Shown here piece by piece: positions 11,243-19,641 of a DNA stretch of 19,641 bases; position 1 is the first letter of the stretch, and the number at the start of each line of letters is the position of its first letter. The DNA is from Tubiluchus corallicola (Eukaryota > Animalia > Priapulida). The translations under genes were made by a program, and so were the position numbers. Below the pieces are notes generated by a model. It did not search any database and was not told where the DNA came from. It saw only the letters and a list, made by a program, of their open reading frames with translations. Where the stretch lies: NCBI GenBank assembly GCA_030141605.1, contig JAQGDQ010000935.1, forward strand, positions 59,631-79,271, given 5' to 3'.

Positions 11243-11619
11243 CCTCATCACCATTTTGTTGCTGCTGGTGTTGTAACACGTGACTCTCTAAAGTCGACTT
11301 TGTGTTGAACCACATGCCACATCGGTCACACAAAAACGGCCCATCATCATCTTCCACCTTGACACCATTTTGTTGCTGCTGCTGTTGTAACACATGGCTC
11401 TCTAAAGCCGTCATTGTGTGGAGCAGCATGCCGCATCGGACACACAAAAACGGCCCACCATCATCGCCACCTTGAGTGGCATTTTGTTGCTGCTGCTGTT
11501 GTAACACATGGCTCTCTAAAGCCGTCATTGTGTGGAACAGCATGCCACATCGCTCACACAAAAACGGCCCAACATAAGCTTCAACAGCATCATCAACGCC
11601 ACCTTGGTTGCCACGCTGC

Positions 11620-11686
<67 letters not shown>

Positions 11687-11745
11687 GCTGTTGTTGTTGG
11701 CGTCGTCTCGTTAAATGTCTCCGTAGATCATGGTTGCCACGTTGC

Positions 11746-11779
<34 letters not shown>

Positions 11780-12089
11780 GGCGTCGTCTCGTTGGGTGTC
11801 TCCGTAGATCATGGTTGCCGTGCTGCTGTTGTTGTTGTTGTTGCTGTTGTTGTTGTTGTTGTCGTCTCGTTGGATGTCTCCGTAGTATATGAGAGCGTAG
11901 ACCGTATTGCGTCATGACCGTATGACCACACACGTGGCAAAGAAAATTTCTTTCGTGGCCATAATGGTCGATCGCAACGTGCCTCAGCATAGCTCTCATA
12001 CTACGACAGACCCGCCCGCATATATCACAGGTGGCAATGACTAATCTTCTTACTAGCACCTGGGATCTGAAGATGCGGAGTGAGTCCAT
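10548..12089 (-). CDS. C2H2-type zinc-finger array protein with polyQ and acidic spacers (513 aa, C-terminus probably truncated)
   Basis: Two canonical fingers (CDIC...HVAIDH, CHVC...HILRRH), three LRRHxTRR-polyQ repeats, then nine units of PFLCxxCG-x-x-FxT-x-x-xL-x-xH-x-x-QQQQQNG. ATG context is ACCATCATGG. Confidence 0.88.
11616..11860 (-). repeat. (CAA/CAG)n polyQ microsatellites within three tandem ~70-120 bp units
   Basis: TTG runs on the + strand are separated by GGCGTCGTCTCGTT...TGTCTCCGTAGATCATGGTTGCC. Confidence 0.95.
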
Positions 12090-12139
12090 GATGGTCGCGT
12101 GTTATAGCGGGTGTTTGTTGATCTCCTATAAGGTGTATT

Positions 12140-12331
12140 CTGTAAGAAAATAATTAACACTAATCAAATGTTATAGCATGGAATTCGCGTGTGCACGCGT
12201 TATTGCAAAAGAAGAAGAATTTCGCTTAGGCGAATTATGATGTAATTAAAGTCTATTGCTTTGTTATTGAAAAAAAGCATTAAAGTACCATTATAAACTA
12301 AAAATATGCTAAAGAATAAAAGTACACTTAC
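12140..12331 (-). other. Putative 5'-UTR intron of the zinc-finger gene
   Basis: Minus-strand GTAAGT donor at 12331 and TTTTCTTACAG acceptor at 12140, 50 nt upstream of the ATG. Confidence 0.4.
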
Positions 12332-12458
12332 TGTAAATTTTGGAGCTTCCACGCTGCTGCCACAGTGGATACCAAAACACATATGGTGTTTTTCATTCGC
12401 TAAAGATCTCTTTTATTTCGAAAATAGCGAGCCAACGACCTCACACTTAAATTGTAAT

Positions 12459-12762
12459 TAGAAGGGATTTTTTCTCCCCCCAAATGCTATCACTTAATCA
12501 CGTTATTACACTCCAAATAACGTACTGTTTTTCTACAAAGAAATATATTAATGGTGATTATGTAGAAATTAAAATAAGCTTTGGTAATTGCGGTCTTAAA
12601 ATCATGCTACTAGAAGGGATTTTTTCTTCGTCAAATGCTCTCACCTAATCACGTTATTACACTCCAAATAACGTACTGTTTTTCTACAAAGAAATATATT
12701 AATGGTGATTATGTAGAAATTAAACTAAGCTTTGCTAATAGCGGCCTTAAAATCATGCCACT
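12459..12762 (+). repeat. ~151-bp tandem duplication
   Basis: TAGAAGGGATTTTT...CACGTTATTACACTCCAAATAACGTACTG...CTTAAAATCATGC at 12459 and 12611. Confidence 0.93.
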
Positions 12763-13093
12763 ATTAGGAAGCACAAATTAAAGTAAGCTTTGCTAATGTG
12801 TGCGAAAATCTACACTCTGTCAAAGTGCTAGAAAATCTCTTAATTAACATCATAATTATCGCATCATCTTGATGCAGCAACCGAAAAGTTTCCAACCACA
12901 CAAAATCCATGAAAAAAGAACCTTTAATGCGACAATGCACCTCTTCTGTGTCACTTAGCTAAGCGCGGATTAACCGCTATCAGGCGCCAACTTATTCGCG
13001 ATTTCAGAGATAAGGCTCCCCCCCCCCCAGGGTTGTAGTTCTGCATTCATATACTTCAAAGGTCTTTATGTGAGCTAGTTATATTAATATTCT

Positions 13094-13533
13094 TCGTATA
13101 TATGAAAAAAAAGCAATTGATTTTAGAGCATTGATAATTTGTATCCGAGAAAAAAAGGAGGACTTTTAATGCTTTAAAACAGGATAGAAAGATTTTAGAG
13201 CATCATTTTTCTTCGTTAATTTTAGAACATTGCTAAGAAAAGCTAGCTCCCCGTCATCGTTCTTCTTGTCTTTCAAAGACAGCATATGGAAAGAATAATT
13301 TAATATTCGCATTATTCGTATATATGAAAAAAACCAATTGATTTTAGAGCATTGATAATTCGTATCCGAGAAAAAAGGAGGACTTTTAATGCTTTAAAAC
13401 AGGATAGAAAGATTTTAGAGCATCATTTTCTTCGTTGATTTTAGAACATTGCTAAGAAAGCTAGCTCCCCGTCATCATTCTTCTTGTCTTTCAAAGACAG
13501 CATGTGGAAAGAATAATTTAATATTCGCATTAT
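13094..13533 (+). repeat. ~221-bp tandem duplication
   Basis: TTCGTATATATGAAAAAAA...GGAAAGAATAATTTAATATTCGCATTATT occurs twice (13094, 13315). GATTTTAGAGCAT recurs inside each copy. Confidence 0.93.
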
Positions 13534-13992
13534 TGGAAAGCTAGTTGCTTTGCTAATTCGCTTAATGATATTGTGTGAAAGTATAATATATTTGCTCTAT
13601 TCTTCAATAATTTCTTTTTAAACAACTAATCGTATGAAGTAAGTAAACGCTTTTAGCAAATTATAATATTCGCCGTATTAATTCATATTCTTTTGACTAA
13701 TTTGTTAGCATTAGCAGTGAAGATAGACATATTATTATTAGGATATCTAAGAACCTATTGAAGATGGTTAATCTCGGATTGTGTGAAAAACATCCATTTC
13801 GGGTGATGGCTGTAAGTATTAATGTTTTGTACAATTCCCATGTGTTCTTACTAACAAGACACTTTGTCTGAAGACCCACTCAATTAATAGTCGCACTAAT
13901 AGCCGACCACCTAAATACTTTATTAGTCAGTTTAGAAAGCCTGCTGTTAAAAAAAGCTGTTTATGAAGTATTTTGAATTTTTCTGGAATCAG

Positions 13993-15430
13993 TGCCATGC
14001 AAGTCGAAGTCGTGTCTGACTCTGAGATGATGAGTAATTTTTTCAACAAAGGGTAGACGGTACCTGTGCTATATTGTGCTTGCTGTACATTCAAACGCGA
14101 ATTTTTAGTCTAATAGTAAAGCGCCTCAGTTTTTTTTCTCTTTGTACATCTAGACGCGCTTAAATAGCCGCGGGTGTCATGTCTCGCAAGTCAATTAAGT
14201 CCTCATTAGCTAGGTAGTCGAGTCAATTAGCGGATTAAGCAATAGACAGGTGGCCGCCTTGGCGTTTGATCAGATGAGTGCATTCGCTGTGTGAGGCATA
14301 TCAACTCCCATTCATTAGTCTTGCAAAACTAGCAATGATTCTAAAACCGATACGCAATGTTTTCTCTGTCGCAAAATGCTCTGTGACACACCTACCTTGC
14401 CAGAAAGTGGTATGCGTGACTTTGCTTTACTGGAGACCAGCGCTACAATATTGACTACTGACTGGTGCATCGTAATAAGGATCTGCCCCAGAAACCCAGA
14501 ATCGTGATTACCATGATCTGCTGGTGTTTACAATGACCACTCGTGGTCTATAGGTTTTTGTGTACAGTTCAAATAGTAGATTCAGACAGCGTGAAAGCAA
14601 TAGTATAATATAATACAATTATTTTTCATTTTTATGGATCATAATTTCCACATGAAACTCAAGTATTTATCAGCAGCGCAACAACAGTGACTTTCGAGGC
14701 AAATTGAGTGTCACACGTTACTTTCCGCAGGTGTGCGAGCTCTTCAAAGAGGAATTAACAGTGGCACACACGCAGACAGACAACTCCAAATTCAACAGTG
14801 CGAAATGATATTAAACTAATGTAAGAACTTTAGTCGCTCAGTTGCTAATGCTATCAGACAGGCAGGAAGGATTCAGAATGTCGAAAATTTAATAATAATC
14901 GTTGCATGGGGTCGCGTGGCAGCAGCTATATGCGTCGTTAGGCAACGGAGCGCATCGATGTTAAAATCGTATTGAGAATCGAGGGTTGAATTTTCGTCAC
15001 GCGATCATGTTAAGAAGTGAGACCGCCGCATGGCAAGAATGTTGTCAGTCATGGTCTGTCACTTTTACGTGAAGCGAATCACTGGTTCTCGTGGTGAGTT
15101 GGAAATTGTATAATTAAGAAAACATTCAGCACACTGTGATTATCTACTCAGCTAGGAAAAATATTTTGCTTGACATATTTAGCCATTGGTTTTGGTTTTG
15201 TTTTAACTTTTACTGCCGAGAAACGAAGGGTTTGACAATTACTTAAGAAAATCAGATTGACACATTGATATATCAAAATGTAAAGATAATTTTAACTATC
15301 ATTAGTTATTATTGTTCTGACGGGTAAAAAAAGTGGATGACGACCAAAGATCAGGCTCTGCTTTAGGTAATACCGCGTCATCATCATCATCATCGTTGGA
15401 TACAGTTGACAAAAAATAAGGAAACCCAGA
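13993..15430 (+). pseudogene. Relic inverted paralog of the 8959-10090 gene, split by ~1.2 kb of other sequence
   Basis: 13993-14051 (AMQVEVVSDSEMMSNFFNK) resembles the 10090-10038 exon (ARVVEFDSEMLSNFLIK). 15282-15430 resembles the reverse complement of 9845-9972. Confidence 0.6.
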
Positions 15431-16449
15431 AATTAATCATGTTCGGCGAGGTGTGAGTAGACTGTCTGTTACACGTGCTAATGGTCAGTCCGTGCTAACA
15501 ATCGTGCTCGGCGGTGTGTGCGCGTGTGAGTAGACTGTATGTTGCACGATGCGACCACATTGGATGAAGCGAAGGAGGCTTTTCGGCGACGACTCAGAAA
15601 TTAATCATGCTCGGCGATGCGTGAGTAGACTGTATGTTACACGTGGTGACGCTCGTGCTAATGGTCGGCCCGTGCTAACAATCGTGCTCGGCGGTGTGTG
15701 CGCGTGTGAGTAGACTGTATGTTGCACGATGCGACCGCATTGGATGGAGCGAAGAAGGCTTTTTCGGTGACGGCATCCATCCATCTCAGATAAAGGTAGG
15801 ATAAAATTTTTAAAAATTGTATCGCAACTTAGACGCGCATAAAAGAACATTCTAACCCGGATGAGGGTGGGGTAAAATTTTTAAAAATTGCAAGGCAATT
15901 TAGACTCGCATAAAAGAACATCCTAACCATTTAACGACGACGACGAGACTGCTGCACCTGGGTAGAGAAATCTTTTAGCCCATTATCTAGCTAGCTAGGC
16001 GGCGAGGCGAGAGTCGATTACCGGATTAGCCACAATTAGGGTGGAGCAAGCAAAGTGCGCAGCGAGCGCGCGTCGAACGGACGACTGCATTTAGCGCGGA
16101 GGGGGGGGTGTTCTCGCCGGGCGCACCCCCCCCCAAAGCGTGCGGGAGTTCCAACCGTCACTCCTAATCCTTAAATCGAGCACTTAACTAGCGCAACAAT
16201 AGACCCACTTCACTTTTTTAGGGGGGTGATTTTTGTTCCCACCCCCGGCAGCCGAGGGGGGCGTGGCCCGTCGACCAACCGTCACTCCTAATCCTTAAAT
16301 TGGTCACTTAACTAGCACGACAATAGAGCCACTTCACTTTTTTAGGGGTGTTTCCGGATTTTCGCACTTTTTTAGGGGTGTTTTTCCCCACCCCCCCGGG
16401 GAAATCCCCACCCCCCCCGGGAAATCGGCCAGAGGTGTAACATCTAACC
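14063..16449 (+). repeat. Long repeat unit copy 1 (A+B, ~2.4 kb)
   Basis: Starts CCTGTGCTATATTGTGCTTGC and ends GGTGTAACATCTAACC. Collinear with 17189-19606, with scattered substitutions. Confidence 0.95.
15427..15775 (+). repeat. ~170-180-bp tandem pair with 4x GTGAGTAGACTGT(A)TGTT core (also at ~18553-18912)
   Basis: CAGAAATTAATCATGYTCGGCGA... starts at ~15427 and ~15595. Confidence 0.88.
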
Positions 16450-17187
16450 ATGTTGCACGATGCGACCGCATTGGATGGAGCGAAGAAGGCTTTTTCGGTG
16501 ACGGCATCCATCCATCTCAGATAAAGGTAGGATAAAATTTTTAAAAATTGTATCGCAACTTAGACGCGCATAAAAGAACATTCTAACCCGGATGAGGGTG
16601 GGGTAAAATTTTTAAAAATTGCAAGGCAATTTAGACTCGCATAAAAGAACATCCTAACCATTTAACGACGACGACGAGACTGCTGCACCTGGGTAGAGAA
16701 ATCTTTTAGCCCATTATCTAGCTAGCTAGCTAGGCGGCGAGGCGAGAGTCGATTACCGGATTAGCCACAATCAATTAGGGTGGAGCAAGCAAAGTGCGTA
16801 GCGAGCACGCGTCGAACGGACGACTGCATTTAGCGCGGAGGGGGGGTGTTCTCGCCGGGCGCACCCCCCCCAAAGCGTGCGGGAGTTCCAACCGTCACTC
16901 CTAATCCTTAAATCGAGCACTTAACTAGCGCAACAATAGACCCACTTCACTTTTTTTAGGGGGTGATTTTTGTTCCCACCCCCGGCAGCCGAGGGGGGCG
17001 TGGCCCGTCGACCAACCGTCACTCCTAATCCTTAAATTGGTCACTTAACTAGCACGACAATAGAGCCACTTCACTTTTTTAGGGGTGTTTCCGGATTTTC
17101 GCACTTTTTTAGGGGTGTTTTTCCCCACCCCCCCGGGGAAATCCCCACCCCCCCCCGGGAAATCGGCCAGAGGTGTAACATCTAACC
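16450..17187 (+). repeat. Extra tandem copy of terminal segment B (duplicate of 15719-16449)
   Basis: Junction CATCTAACC|ATGTTGCACGATGCGACCGC. It shares diagnostic bases (CGGTGACGG, CTCAGATAAAGG) with copy 1 rather than with the last copy. Confidence 0.95.
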
Positions 17188-17188
17188 G

Positions 17189-19606
17189 CCTGTGCTATAT
17201 TGTGCTTGCTGTACATTCAAACGCGAATTTTTACTCTAACAGTAAAGCGCCTCAGTTTTTTTTCTCTTTGTACATCTAGACGCGCTTAAATAGCCGCGGG
17301 TGTCATGTCTCGCAAGTCAATTAAGTCCTCATTAGCTAGGTAGTCGAGTCAATTACCGGATTAAGCAATAGACACGTGCCCGCCTTGGCGTCTGATCAGA
17401 TGAGTGCATTCGCTGTGGGAGGCATATCAACTCCCATTCATTAGTCTTGCAAATCTAGCAATGATTCTAAAACCGATACGCAATGTTTTCTCTGTCGCAA
17501 AATGCTCAGTGACACACCTACCTTGCCAGAAAGTGGTATGCGTGACTTTGCTTTACTGGAGGCCAGCGCTACATTATTGAGCACTGTCTGGTGCATCGTA
17601 ATAAAGATCTGCCCCAGAAACCCAGAATCGTGATTACCATGATCTGTTGGTGTTTACAATGACCACTCGTGGTCTATAGGTTTTTGTGTACAGTTCAAAT
17701 AGTAGATTCAGACAGCGTGAAAGCAATAGCATAATATAATACAATTATTTTTCATTTTTATGGATCATAATTTCCACATGAAACTCAAGTATTTATCAGC
17801 AGCGCAACAACAGTGACTTTCGAGGCAAACTGAGTGTCACACGTTACTTTCCGCAGGTGTGCGAGCTCTTCAAAGAGGAATTAACAGAGGCAGACACGCA
17901 GACAGTCAACTCCAAATTCAACAGTGCGAAATGATATTAAACTAATGCAAGAACTTTACTCGCTCAGTTGCTAATGCAATCAGACAGGCGGGAAGGATTC
18001 AGAATGTCGAAAATTTAATAATAATCGTTGCATGGGGTCGCGTGGTAGCAGCTATACGCGTCGTTACGCAACGGAGCGCATCGGTGTTAAAATCGTATTG
18101 AGAATCGAGGGTTGAATTTTCGTCACGCGATCATGTTAAGAAGTGAGACCGCCGCGTGGTAAGAATGTTGTCAGACATGGTCTGTCACTTTTACGTGAAG
18201 CGAATCACTGGTTCTCGTGGTGAGTTGGAAATTGTATAATTAAGAAAACATTCAGCACGCTGTGATTATCTACTCAGCTAGGAAAAAATATTTTGCTTGA
18301 CATATTTAGCCATTGGTTTTGGTTTTGTTTTAACTTTTACTGCTGAGAAACGAAGGGTTTGACAATTACTTAAGAAAATCAGATTGGCACATTGTTATAT
18401 CAAAATGAAAAGATAATTTTAACTAACATTAGTTATTATTGTTCTGACGGATACAAAAGTGGATGACGACCAAAGATCAGGCTCTGCTTTAGGTAATACC
18501 GCGTCATCATCATCATCATCGTTGGATACAGTTGACAAAAAATAAAGAAACCCAGAAATTAATCATGTTCGGCGAGGTGTGAGTAGACTGTATGTTACAC
18601 GTGCTAACGTTCGTGCTAATGGTCAGTCCGTGCTAACAATCGTGCTCAGCGCTGTGTGCGCGCGTGAGTAGACTGTATGTTGCACGATGCGACCACATTG
18701 GATGAAACGAAGGAGGCTTTTCGGCGACGACTCAGAAATTAATCATGCTCGGCGACGCGTGAGTAGACTGTATGTTACACGCGGTAACGTTCGTGCTAAT
18801 GGTCGGCCCGTGCTAACAATCGTGCTCGGCGGTGTGTGCGCGTGTGAGTAGACTGTATGTTGCACGATGCGACCGCATTGGATGGAGCGAAGGAGGCTTT
18901 TTCGGCGACGGCATCCATCCATCCATCCATCCATCCATCTCGGATAAAGGTAGGATAAAATTTTTAAAAATTGTATTGCAACTTAGACGCGCATAAAAGA
19001 ACATTCTAACCCGGATGAGGGTGGGGTAAAATTTAAAAAAATTGCATGGCAATTTAGACTCGCATAAAAGAACATCCTAACCATTTAGCGACGACGACGA
19101 GACTGTGCACTGCTGCACGTGGCTAGAGAAATCTTTTAGCCCATTATCTAGCTAGCTAGGCGGCGAGAGTCGATTACCGGATTAGCCACAATTAGGGTGG
19201 AGCAAGCAAAGTGCGCAGCGAGCGCGTGTCGAACGGACGACTGCATTTACCGCGGAGGGGGGGTGTTCTCGCCGGGCGCACCCCCCCCCCCAAAGCGTGC
19301 GGGAGTTCCAACCGTCACTCCTAATCCTTAAATCGAGCACTTAACTAGCGCAACAATAGACCCACTTCACTTTTTTTAGGGGGGTGATTTTTGTTCCCAC
19401 CCCCGGCAGCCGAGGGGGGCGTGGCCCGTCGACCAACCGTCACTCCTAATCCTTAAATTGGTCACTTAACTAGCACGACAATAGAGCCACTTCACTTTTT
19501 TAGGGGTGTTTCCGGATTTTCGCACTTTTTTAGGGGTGTTTTTCCCCACCCCCCCGGGGAAATCCCCACCCCCCCGGGAAATCGGCCAGAGGTGTAACAT
19601 CTAACC
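17189..19606 (+). repeat. Long repeat unit copy 2 (A'+B')
   Basis: Junction CATCTAACC-G-CCTGTGCTATATTG. The (CATC)n tract is expanded at ~18913-18938. Confidence 0.95.
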
Positions 19607-19641
19607 TACTTGTTTCCATTACCGCCTGACTTGCCCACGCG

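Larger units (their letters stand above)
1..19610 (+). mobile_element. Probable degenerate Polinton/Maverick-related element, right portion, with candidate terminus at 19606-19610
   Basis: pPolB pseudogene. Structured GC-rich terminal segment ending ...CATCTAACCTACT (reverse complement AGTAGGTTAG). The patch inside polB links the polymerase, the internal gene and the terminal repeat. The left end is not in the window. Confidence 0.5.

Noticed and set aside
10385-11917. + strand ORFs rich in poly-Val, poly-Cys, poly-Leu and poly-His
   Set aside because: These are antisense shadows of the CAA/GAT triplet tracts in the zinc-finger gene.
14051-14068. GGGTAGACGGTACCTGTG as a degenerate inverted partner of the terminus (GGTTAGATGTTACACCTCTG)
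   Set aside because: The match is short with several mismatches and a gap, so it cannot be distinguished from chance.
16215-16385. TTAGGG-like motifs as telomeric repeats
   Set aside because: They are isolated T-run-AGGGG motifs within longer sub-repeats, not a tandem telomere array.
15605-19052. Short ORFs within the terminal repeats (15605-15850, 16308-16511, 17085-17279, 18743-19052)
   Set aside because: Their frames differ between repeat copies and cross junctions, and they contain no recognisable motifs.

Overview
This window is AT-rich, intron-bearing eukaryotic (probably invertebrate) DNA that looks like the decaying right-hand part of a Polinton/Maverick-related element. (1) A + strand protein-primed family-B DNA polymerase (pPolB) pseudogene spans ~439-4874. 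It has an HNH/endonuclease-VII-like insert and probable 5' introns. Its motif-A region is replaced by a ~490-bp patch copied from two other parts of the same window. (2) A repeat-rich non-coding spacer follows. (3) A spliced minus-strand orphan gene lies at ~8959-10090 and has a diverged, inverted paralog at ~13993-15430. (4) A minus-strand polyQ/acidic zinc-finger array gene lies at 10548-12089, and most of its fingers lack the fourth His. (5) A nested tandem array A-B-B-A'-B' occupies 14063-19610. Every B unit ends at GGTGTAACATCTAACC, and the last continues into a Polinton-like ...CTACT end. I recognised no capsid, integrase, ATPase or protease gene. All calls were made by eye, with no database searches.
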